64,000 bases of DNA. It comes from Squalus acanthias. Its lineage: Eukaryota. Shown here piece by piece: positions 25,209 through 35,611 of this stretch (positions are counted from its first letter, which is position 1; every line of letters begins with the position of its first letter). The notes beneath the pieces are model-generated. The model saw nothing but the letters and a program-made list of their open reading frames with translations, did not search any database and was not told where the DNA came from. Made by a program: the position numbers and the translations under genes. The stretch covers positions 22,198,001 to 22,262,000 of the forward strand of contig CM059432.1 of the NCBI GenBank assembly GCA_030390025.1, written 5' to 3'.

Positions 25209-26152
25209 TGGAGGGAATCGTTGGAGAGCCTGGGTACAAGAGTTCACCTTTGTGCAGTGATTGTCAGTGTTTTAAGCACCTCAATGCTGTCAAACACTGA
25301 AAAATCAACTGTCAAAACAAAATTGAGCATGGTCCCTTTAAGGAAACCGGCAGATGACGCGTCATCAAATGACGTCATCAGACCCGCTTCCTGTTAATTG
25401 GCTGGTAAGCCCGCAGGGTGGGCTTAACAAGGCCAATCAAGGGAAAATCACGTCTGTAGAGCGGAGGCAGCTGGGGGCGGGACCGGAACCCGGAAACCAA
25501 CTGACCCGCACCCATCCCGACACCGATGAGAAAATCGCGGCCGATATCTTTTTTTTGCTCCATGTTTTCAGATTTTAATACCTAGTTTCGCATCATTTTG
25601 ACTATTTTGTGAAGGATTCGCTGTCCACTACAGTTGAACAGGTTGGTTCTAAAAGGTTCATATTTCAGAGTTCCTCCACTTGCCTGACCGAAACAAAATG
25701 GGACAGGAGAGGAAATGGCGACCTTTACCTCAGGCCCTCAAAGAAGTTTGATTACACTCCCATTCTAGCTTCAACAACTCCACCTAAATTGTTAACCTTT
25801 TTGTTACATATGCTGACAGACACGCTAGGCTAAAAATTGGATAGCCACCGAAAATTGTCGTGACGATCGCGATGCGCAATTAACCCGCCCCCTTTCAATG
25901 TAATGCAGGCAGCACGCAAACTTTGTGCTGCCTGCTAATTATAATGATAGTCGTGTGTAGCCCAATGCTAAATGCGCAGCTGAGTGGCTGCACACTCAGC
26001 AGGGGCCCAAGTTCGTGCGAGGCTACCTCCAATTAAAGCTAGCCTGCAGTTTTTAAAGCCAGCCTGCACCTCTTAAAGGGGAGGTACATTCTGGCTGCAG
26101 CAGGTACTGGAAGTCATTGTAGAGGAGTCTGTGACCTACAGGAAGAGTGAAG

Positions 26153-26391
26153 ATGGTGCAATATGGCATAGAGAGGGCTCTCAGATTTTCTGATGTAGCA
26201 TTCGAGGCCCTGGTGCAGGAAATGGGCAGGAGGAGAGATGTCCTGTATACACAGGGACCAGGAGACTCTCTAGACAGATGGTGAGAAGGGAATGGGAGCA
26301 GATAGCCGTCGCTGCCAATGCAAGCAGTGTAGCCCCGAGGATCTGGATGCAGTGCAGGAAGAGGTTTAATGACCTCACATGAATGGTCAAG
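26153..26391 (+). pseudogene. Harbinger Myb/SANT-like protein exon 1 (frameshift + stop)
   Basis: MVQYGIERALRFSDVAFEALVQEMGRRRDVLY-(fs)-RRLSRQMVRREWEQIAVAANASSVAPRIWMQCRKRFNDLT*MVK, followed by the donor gtcagt. Confidence 0.85.
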
Positions 26392-26465
26392 GTCAGTGAA
26401 TTTATCTTCAAATGCCATATCCCACAAACTGCACCACTACACTCACACACTGTTGAGTACACCAC

Positions 26466-26937
26466 GGGGGCTAAATTCGGTTGATTTGTGCCTCCTGTTA
26501 GCACCCGGCTCGTACCCCGGATGTAATATTGGGTGGCGCCCCCGACTTACCGCCGGACACTATGTCCGCTGGGGTCAGGAGGGCCTACCTGCAGCCGGGG
26601 CAGCGCTAGTTAAAGGGGAGGTGGCGGGCGGCCATTTTTGTTGCTGGCTGCCTGCCAGCACCTGCCCCCGTCGCTGTCCCCGGCCCCCGTGAAGCCTCCC
26701 CGCGGGGTGTCGGCTGCTCTCCCGATCCCTGGTGGCCCAGATGGGTGCCGGGACACGCTGCGCCAGGCCCCTCCCCTTTAATAAGGAAGGCTTGCAGTAC
26801 CACGGCACATAGCGTCGTGATATTGGCTCGCAGCGCCCCAAGAGGGACGCGGGGTGCTTCCAGTAGCGCCCCTCCTCCCTCTCGGGGCGCTACCTGAGAA
26901 AGTCGGTCGGGGGGGGGGCACTAACTTTTTCGGGCCC
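26466..26937. mobile_element. GC-rich MITE-like insertion at the internal deletion of the Harbinger element
   Basis: Abrupt CpG-rich block with ggggctaaatt / ttttcgggcccc ends; no TSD visible. Confidence 0.55.
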
Positions 26938-27327
26938 CTCCTTAGTAAAATGGAGACGTCGCATGCAATGTTCCCTTTAATTTTTTTGGGGTGCGCGGCC
27001 CCTTTACTGGGCTGCGCGGCCCTTTCAAATTCCTGCGCATGGGCTGTATTTTCTATTTAAAAGCCGGTGCGCGGGAGCTTCAGACAGCTGCGCGGCTGTG
27101 TAGCTTAAAGGAAACATTGGTCGCATGCACTGTTCCTCGCTGAGGTTGAGGTGGGGGAATTGCTCCCTGAAGACCCTGGGTGGATATGGCCTCCTGCTGA
27201 GAGCCCTTCTCCCCCTCCTCCTCTTCCTTCTCCTGCCTTTTTTAGCAGCTTGTCCTGCTCTGTGTCACCTCTGCTGATTCTCCCTGTCATGCTGCAGGCC
27301 AAGGGGGATGCAAACTACTAACTCCAT
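26938..27327 (-). pseudogene. Harbinger (HARBI1-like) transposase N-terminus, split by a hAT MITE
   Basis: MELVVCIPLGLQHDRENQQR*..RRALSRRPYPPRVFREQFPHLNLSEEQCMR|RLHFTKE reads continuously once 26966-27127 is removed. Confidence 0.75.
26966..27119. mobile_element. hAT-type MITE (154 bp), same TIR as 5750-5886
   Basis: TIRs caatgttcccttta / taaaggaaacattg with an 8-bp TSD gtcgcatg (26958-26965, 27120-27127). Confidence 0.9.
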
Positions 27328-29340
27328 GTCTGGGAACAACTGGTCTAAGCAGATCCCTGGCAAGTCAGTACCAGTTCCTTGACCGCATTCCATACCACTC
27401 CCTGTAGACTTTAGGCAATCTTAAAGAGGTCTAGAAAGCACCAAACCCTTGTACAAACTCAGCAACAGCTCCTGGAGATTAATCAACAACCAAGCTATAA
27501 GTAGGTGATGATCCCTTTTAAAAGGCACTGGTGGGGAGTCCTTCCTGCTGCTGAAGGCATGTTCAGCTGTGCGAGGTTAAGAGAGGGCGTTAGTTCCAGC
27601 GTTGCAGTCGAAAATGGCAGCGCTGGTATCAATCAGCTGATTGACGTCACGATCTGCCTGCTCTGCACAATTAGGACGCACGATTCCAGCGCCGATGCTA
27701 ACGCCCTCACCAAAATGGCGTCCAGCGCAGCCCACACCAGAAGTGTGCGCTCGCTGCTCGGAAGTTATTTTCAAGCTAATTCGGCACGCATAGAGCCCAA
27801 ACAACGGGCACTAGCTAACGATTTTTTAGCCCGCTATATATTCCAGCATTTTCTTTATTCAATAGTCAGTTTTGAAGTCAATGGAAATAAAAATCATGAG
27901 CGATGTAAAACGGGTTGCCGACTCGCGATCACCCGTTTTACACAATCGCCCAGTCAAAATTACCCCCTTTATCATGTGATGTGCATGGCAAACAATGACA
28001 ATCCAATCACTTTGTACATGCCAATTTGCACATTCACAATACCTGAAATCACAGGCTGAGAATGAAGTTGAGAATTAAGTGTAAATCATATCCAAATAAG
28101 TGGGCATATCACAGGAAAAAGAGAATATAGATGACTATGGGCAGATTGTAGAGCATATCCTGGAATTTAAAGAAAAGCTATTATTTCAGTTCAAAGAAAT
28201 TCTATCAAGACTGTAGCTCAAACCTGTCAAAATAAATCATCCCATTTGTGAATACTCCATTAAAATATTCCACTAGAATTCAATAAGCTTTTGGGGGAAA
28301 AAATTCAATCCAACTGCTTCAAAGTAATTTAAAGAGCCATAAATAAAGATTGCAGACAGGATCTGCTACTCTCAAGAAGCCTCTCGCCATTGAATGAGTC
28401 TAAAACACTTTCAATCTTATGATGAGATATTCTCTGAATATAAAAAGGATTCAGTGAGTCATCTGACCTCAAGTGATTATGTTATAAACATCAGATTCTG
28501 AGCCAATGGTTATTTATTTATTTTGTATTCACTAGATCTCGAGCAAAATTTTAATTTACAACATGCTTTCATTTTCTTGTGTGGCACAGGAATCTCTGCA
28601 GATAGGTAGGTAACAGAGAGAGTAGACAAGGTACCACATAATAGACTAATGAATAAAGTCAGAGCAGACGGAGTCAGGGTACAATTAGCAGAATGGATAG
28701 CCAGCTGGCTGAAAGAGAGAAAGCAGAGAGTTAGGGTAAAGGGTAACTATTCAGTGTGGCAGAAGGTGGGAAGTGGGGACCCAGAAGGATCAGTGCTGGG
28801 GCTACTGCTGTTCACAATTTATATTGGCCCAGATATTCCGATCACAGGCCTCCCGCGGGCGGTGCGCTGCGATCTGGAAAAATCTGCGCCAAGACCGGAG
28901 GGCTCCCGGGAGGCGCAGAGTTCCGCTGCTGGGCCTCTCCAAACTGCCGGTGTGCAGGCCCACGTATCCCAGAGGCGCAGGCGGTTCGCAGCGTCCCTGG
29001 GATCATGTGGGCCATGGGGAGCCAATCAGGGAAGGGAATCTCCCTTCACCAATTTGACAGGAAGACCTGTCAAATATATGAATAGAGAGCACCCCCAAAA
29101 CATAGTAAATCTTCAAATAAATTTAAAAATAAACATCACATTTTTAAAATGACTTTAAATTACAATAAAGTAAGTATTTTAAACAAAAATTTATTTTTTG
29201 AAAAAAATAATTAAAGTTTTTAACAGGGCTAAAAATAAACTTACCTTTCTTTAAAGTATTTTAAATGATAAATCAGTGGAAACATTTTTTAAAAAACTTT
29301 TTTCAACTCTTATCCTGGTAAAATGGCCTACTCCTGCTCT

Positions 29341-30947
29341 GCAAAGATCCCGGCAGACTGGAAAACTGCTAATGTAACACCCTTATTTAAAAAGGGCAGT
29401 AGACAGAAGGCTGAAACTATAGATCGGTTAGCCTAACATCTGTGGTAGGTAAAATTTTGGAGTCCATTATTAAGGAGACTGTAACGGGACATTTGGATAA
29501 TCATAATTTAATAGGACAAAGTCAGCATGGTTTTATGAAGGGGAAGTCATGTTTGACAAATTTGCTGGAGTTCTTTGAGGAAGTAACATACAGGGTGGAT
29601 AAAGGGGAACCAGTGGATGTGGTGTATTTAGACTTCCAAAAGGCATTTGACAAGGTGCCACACAAAAGATTATTGCTTAAGATAAAAAATCACGGGATTG
29701 GGGGTAATATTCTGGCATGGATAGAGGATTGGCTATCTAACAGAAGGCAGAGAGTTGGGATAAATGGTTCATTCTCAGACTGGCAATCAGTAACTAGTGG
29801 TGTTCCGCAGGGGTCAGTGCTGGGTCCCCAACTCTTTACAATCTATATTAATGATTTGGAGGAGGGGACCGAGTGTAACATATCAAAGTTTGCAGATGAT
29901 ACTAAGATGGGAGGGAAAGTAGTGAGTGAGAAGGACATAAAAAATCTGCAAGGGGACATAGACAGGCTAAGTAAGTGGGCAGAGATTTGGCAGATGGAAT
30001 ACAATACTGGAAAGTGTGAGGTTATGCACTTTGGCAGGAAAAATAGTAGAGCAAGTTATTATCTTAATGGCAAGAAACTGGAAAGTACTGAAGTACAAAG
30101 GGTTCTGGGGGTCCTGGTGCACGAAACTCAAAAGGTTAGTATGCAGCTGCAGCAAGTGATTAAGAAGGCCAATGGAATGTTGGCTTTCATTGCTAGGGGG
30201 ATAGAATATAAAAATAGGGAGGTATTGCTTCAGTTGTACAAGGTATTGGTGAGACCGCACCTGGAATACTACATACAGTTTTGGTGTCCTTACTTAAGGA
30301 AAGATATCCTTGCTCTCGAGGCAGTGCAAAAAAGGTTCACTCGGTTGATCCCGGGGATGAGGGGATGGACATATGAGGAGAGGTTGGGTAGATTGGGACT
30401 CTACTCATTGGAGTTCAGAAGAATGAGAGGCAATCTTATTGAAACATATAAGATTGTGAAGGGGTTGGATCGGGTGGATGCGGGGAGGATGTTCCCGATG
30501 ATGGGTGAAACTAGAACTAGGGGGCATAATCTTAGAATAAGGGGCTGCTCTTTCAAAACTGAGATGAGAAGGAACTACTTCACTCAGAGGGTGGTAGGTC
30601 CATGGAATATGCTGCCCCAAAAAGCTGTAGAAGCTACATCATTACATAAATTTAAAACAGAAATAGACAGTTTCCTAGAAGTAAAGGGAATTAAGGTTTA
30701 CGGGGAGCAGGCAGGAATTTGGACATGAGTCTAGGTTCGGATTGGTCATGGCCCTGTGGGTAGTGTAGCGGGCCCAGGGGCCGTGTAGCCTGATCCTGCT
30801 CTTATTTCGTGTGTCCAATTCTGTTAGGTTCAGGAGATGGTTCTGTGATAGTAGATTGGCGGTTAGGATCAGATCAGCCATGATCTTATTGAATGGCGGA
30901 GCAGGCTCGAGGGGCCAGTTGGCCTACTCCTGCTCCTATTTCTTATA
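29341..30947 (+). mobile_element. Young 5'-truncated CR1 with an uninterrupted 428-aa RT ORF and a duplicated 3'UTR
   Basis: ORF 29442-30728 carries all RT motifs, followed by a (ttcttat)n tail. Confidence 0.95.
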
Positions 30948-30986
30948 TTCTTATGTTCTTATTTCTTAAATTACAAGAAGACATTA

Positions 30987-31833
30987 GGACTGGATTTTGA
31001 ATCTGGGGTCGGGTTGGGGTTCGGAATCACACATTCTGGCTTGTGAACCCGCCTCCATCGAGATGTGGCCAACCCACTGTATGTTCCCTTGATTGACCTT
31101 GTTGAGCCCGCCCAGTAGGCTCAGCAGGCCAATTAAGGGCCACCCGGCAACAGGTGACATCACAGACTGACATTTCATCTGTCAAGAGCTTTTGACAGAT
31201 GAAATATCAGCGTTTGACAGCTCTGTGAAGCTGTCAAACACTGACAAAATGATTTCTAACTTCAATCCTTCCTTTCAGGCTGAGTTAGAAATCATTCCAG
31301 CACAGACAACAGAAGGCTGCAGGTTTTGACAGAACCACGGCTTTCCTGCTTTCTGTGCCGGTGAGATTTCTAACTCCCGAGAACTGAAGGGCTGACACCT
31401 GCAGGAGGAAGTTAAGGTAAGTAAAACTTTTTCCAACACTTAGCACTTACCTTACACACTTACCTCTGCACACATGCACCCATCACTCACCTGCCCACCG
31501 GACATATCGACCCCTCCAACCCCTGCAGACCCACGGCCCGCCCCGATAACTTGGAGTGGTTGCCACCTGTCGGGAAGCCCACACTTTTCTTTTTAAAATA
31601 GGGATTATACAAAAAACTGCCTGTTAACTACCTGTTAACAGGCAGTTAATTGTCACTAATCCCTTCCCGCCTCGGGGAGTCGGGTCTCAGCACAGGTCGG
31701 GTACCCGCCGCAAGAGAAACTGGCATGGAGGCGGGTTGGAGTCGGGATGGGGTCGGGACCCCCGAATCTGCAACTTTAACCCCGCCCCCCCCGCCTCCAA
31801 ACCCGACTCCACGGGTCATTGAAAATCCAGCCC
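30987..31833. mobile_element. Harbinger-type MITE family B
   Basis: TIRs ggactggattttga / gaaaatccagccc; near-identical inverted copy at 49373-50224. Confidence 0.85.
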
Positions 31834-32523
31834 TTTTAAACAGCGCGTACACACCCGTAGGGATCGGAATTTCTGCACCATTAACAATAGACTTTGGATT
31901 CATAAACACAATTTCTAAATTTGTGCACAACACCAAATTGGGAGAGATAGTCAACACTGAAGAGGACTGCAACAAATTCCTTGTAGTAAAGGGGCCTTTA
32001 GGGAAGAGTCCGTATGAGGGTCGAGTTGGCTACGGTAGATTGGGAAACTACATTAAAAGGTATGACGGTAGACCCAGCCTGTTCATCCTTTCCTGATAGG
32101 TATAACCTCGCAGTTCTGGCATCATCCTTGCAAAGCTTTTTTACACCCTCTCCAGTGCTTAAATATCCCTTTTATAATATGGCGACCAGAACTGTACACA
32201 GTACTCCAAGTGTGGTCTAACCAAGCTTCGATACAAGTTTAGCATAACTTCGCTACTTTTCAATTCTATCACTCTAGAAATAAACGCTAGTGCTTGGATT
32301 TGCTCTTGTTATGGTCATATTGACCTGCATCGCAACTTTTAGTGATGTTTGTATTTGTACTCACAGATCCTTTTGCTCCTCTACCTCATTTAGATTCTTA
32401 TTTTCCAAATAATCTGTGACCTCCTTATTTTTTTTACCAAAATACCTCACACTTATCTATGTTGAAATTAATTTACCAATTATATGTCCATTCTTCAAGT
32501 TTATTAATGTCTTCTTGTAATTT

Positions 32524-34752
32524 AAGAAATAAGAACATAAGAAGTAAGAGCAGGAGTAGGCCATTTGGCCCCTCTAGCCTGCTCCGCCATTCAATAAGAT
32601 CATGGCTGATCTTCTATCTCAACTCCACTTTCCTGAACTATCCCCATATCCCTTGATTCCCTTAATATTCAAAAATCTATCGATCTCTGTCTTGAATATA
32701 CTCAACAACTGAGCCTCTACAGCCCTATGGGGTAGAGAATTCCAAAGATTCACCACCCTCTGAGTGAAGAAATTTCTCCTCATCTCAGTCCTAAATGGCC
32801 GACCTTTTATTCTGAGACTGTGAACGCTGGTTCTAGACTCCCCAGACAGGGGAAACATCCTCCCTGCATCTACCCTGTCAAGCCCTGTAAGAATTTTGTA
32901 TGTTTGAATGAGATCACCTCTCATTCTTCTAAATTCTAGAGAATATAGGCCTAGTCTACTCAATCTCTTCTCATAGGACAATCCCCCCATCCTAGGAACC
33001 AGTCTGGTGAACCTTCGTTGCATTCACTCTATGGCAAGTATATCCTTCTTTAGGTAAGGAGACCAAAACTGTACACAATACACCAGGTGTGGTCTCACCA
33101 AGGCCCTATATAATTGCAGTAAGACGTCTTTACTCTTGTAATAAAGGCCAACGTAGCATTTGCTTTCCTAATTGCCTGCATGTTAACTTTGAGTGATTTG
33201 TGTACAAGGACACCCAGGTCCCTCTGAACACCAACATTACTCAATCTCTCACCATTTAAAAAATACTCTGCTTTTCTATTTTTCCTACCAAAGTGGATAA
33301 CTTCACATTTCTCCACATTATATTCCATTTGCCATGTTCTTGCCCATTCATATAGCCTGTCTATATCCCCTTGAAGCCTCCTTGCATCCTCCTCACAACT
33401 TACATTCCCACCCAGCTTTGTATCATCAGCAAACCTGGATATATTACATTTGGTCCCCTCATCCAAATCATTGATGTAGATTGTGAATAGCTGAGGCCCA
33501 AGCACTGATCTTTGTTGTACCCCACTAGTTACAGCCTGCCAAAAATGACCCGTTTATTCCTACTCTCTGTTTTCTGTCCGTTAACCAATCCTCAATCCAT
33601 GCTAGTATATTACCTTGGGTTGACAAAAAATTTTTTGTCGCTGTTGGGGTTGTCCATGAGGGTCCTGACGTTCCAGGTCCCGAACTTCATTTTAAAGGGT
33701 GGAAGATGCCTATGTGTGAATTCTTTTAACGTGGGGTGGCCGTTGCACACCAGCTACCAACGGGCTTGACAGAGTAAGGTCTTGGTCCAACGGCAAGGGG
33801 ATCCAAGACGATTGGAGACCAGGTTCTGCTACATCGGCCTAGCACACACACACAAACATACACCTACTGTCCTCCTCCCTCCTTCCTGCAGGTCCTCTCT
33901 GTCTGGGTTTCTAGAATCTATGGAATTTTGGAAGATGACAACCAATGCAACCACTATCTCTATCGCCACCTCTTTTAAAACCCTAGGATGTAGCTCATCA
34001 GATCCAAGGGAGTTATCAACTTTCAGTCCCATTAATTTCTCCAGTAGTACTTTTTTACTAATACTAATTTCTTTCAGTTCCTCATTCTCGCTATACCCTT
34101 GGTTCTCCATTATTTCTCGGATATTTTTTGGTGTGTTTTTCCGTGAAGACAGACACAAGTATTTGTATAATTTCTCCGACATTTCCTTATTCACCATTAT
34201 AATTTCTCCTGTCTCAGCCTGTAAGGGACCCATGTTTACTTTTGCTTATCTTTTCCCTTTTACATATCTATAGAAGCGTTTACAGTCTGTTTTTATGTCT
34301 CCATTAGTTTACTCTCATTCTATTTTCCCTACATTTATCAATTTATTGGTCCTCCCAATCCTCAGGCTTACTACTCTTTTGGCAACATTATAAGCCTCTC
34401 CCTTTGATTTAATACTATCTTTAACTTCTCTTGTTAGCTGTGGTTGGACCACTTTACCTGTGGGGTTTTTGTGCCTTAAAGGAATGTATATTTGTTGTAA
34501 ATTATGTATTAATTCTTTAAATACTAGCCATTGCTTATCTACCATCATACCTTTTAATGTATTTTCCCAATCTACCTTAGCCAACTCGCCCCTCATACCT
34601 ATGTAGTTTGCTTTGTTTAGATTTAAGACCCTAGTTTCAGATTTAACAAAATCACTTTCAAACTCAATACAAAATTCTATCATATCATGGTCACTCTTCC
34701 CTAAAGGCTCCTTTATTACAAGGTTATTAATTAACCCTTTCTTATTGCACAA
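32524..34752 (-). mobile_element. CR1 LINE ORF2 fragment with 3' tail and internal deletion
   Basis: Minus ORFs 32619-33023, 33095-33505, 33829-34233 and 34315-34750 contain CR1 motifs; tail aagaaataagaacataagaa. Confidence 0.92.
33638..33842 (-). mobile_element. 5' end (UTR + ORF start) of an RTE LINE
   Basis: The minus strand encodes MKFGTWNVRTLMDNPNSD (APE endonuclease N-terminus), preceded by caccccacgttaaaa. Confidence 0.75.
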
Positions 34753-34839
34753 TTTCTTTCTGAGATCAGATAATTCAGCGCAGATCAAGGTATGGCAGAT
34801 TCCGAAAACTGTCTTTGTTCTTGTTATAATAGACTCTAT

Positions 34840-35116
34840 GGGCTGGATTTTGATACTGGGGCGGGTTGGGGTTGTGTCATCCACATTTCGTGTTATCCAC
34901 CCGCCTGAAATTGGATGTGGGAGATTGATGCAATTTTCACTTAATTGGGCAATTGAGTTCCAGCATGTGGGAACCCATGAACCAATTAGTGGTTTCAGTC
35001 TGAAAGTCGCCTCTGATGATGTCATCATTGCTGCTGCATTGCAGGTCAGAGACTGCCTGGTCTCAGAGACTGCCTGGACTTTGCTGTGAGTGGACCTGGA
35101 TGCAAAATGAGCAGCA

Positions 35117-35152
<36 letters not shown>

Positions 35153-35611
35153 AATTTTTTTTTCCATCCAGGTCCTCCAAAGGTCCTGGCAGTCTCTGAA
35201 GACATTCAATGCAGCAGCATCAGAGGCGACTTTCAGACCTAATACTACTACTACCTTCATCACATCTCCATTGTAATAGTGGACCTGCAGCTGATAGTCA
35301 ACTATCCACTTGTGCTCCCGTCAGGTTTCACTGGTGTGTTTCACATCAGACGTGCTTCACGTCAGAAAAGGGTTAAACTAGCCAAAACGTTTCAAAATGG
35401 CATTACAGAGCCAATTTAGGGCTTGTTGAGGGCTTTAATGGCCTCTCCCGCCTCTTGGAGGTGGGACGAAGTCGGGAACGCCGCACACGATTTTATCAAA
35501 ATTGCGTGGAGGTGGGTTGGAGGCGGGATGGGGTCGGGACCCCCGAATCTGCAACTTTAACCCCCCACACGCCTCCAAACCCGACTCCACGGGTCATTGA
35601 AAATCCAGCCC
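34840..35611. mobile_element. Harbinger-type MITE family A
   Basis: TIR gggctggatttt / aaaatccagccc with TSD tat (34837-34839, 35612-35614), an internal (GA)n, and an inverted copy at 50617-51365. Confidence 0.9.

Larger units (their letters stand above)
23757..25542. mobile_element. Internally deleted PIF/Harbinger transposon with Myb remnant
   Basis: TIRs ggccacgatttt / aaaatcgcggcc with a 3-bp TSD gat (23754-23756, 25543-25545). The minus strand has a LQMLMEGVTVCREFLFPSKG Myb remnant, and the element is homologous to 8109-13462. Confidence 0.88.
25827..27832. mobile_element. Internally deleted PIF/Harbinger transposon with convergent Myb and transposase 5' remnants
   Basis: TIRs aggctaaaaa / tttttagccc with a 3-bp TSD gct (25824-25826, 27833-27835). 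Confidence 0.88.
28826..31879. mobile_element. Harbinger-type MITE (47424-48185 family) containing nested insertions
   Basis: Ends ggcccagatattccg / cggaatttctgcacc with TSD att (28823-28825, 31880-31882). The internal sequence is homologous to 47424-48185. Confidence 0.8.
28600..32523. mobile_element. Old CR1 RT region fragmented by nested insertions and an inversion (pieces 28600-28825 +, 31880-31978 +, 32074-32523 -)
   Basis: GSVLGLLLFTIYI | N..DFGFINTISKFVHNTKLG..EDCNK | KLQEDINKLEEW continues in order across the pieces, the last on the opposite strand. Confidence 0.75.

Noticed and set aside
30978..30986. Flank aagacatt shared with the reverse complement of the 50225 flank of the other MITE B copy
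   Set aside because: The 30968-30986 sequence is fully explained by the templated copy from 32505-32523, so the 8-bp match is probably chance.
33720..33845. HDV-like ribozyme in the RTE 5'UTR
   Set aside because: I could not assemble the nested double pseudoknot by eye; only a simple hairpin is evident.
34315..35205. 296-aa minus ORF as a novel fusion gene
   Set aside because: Accidental read-through from MITE A into a CR1 fragment.
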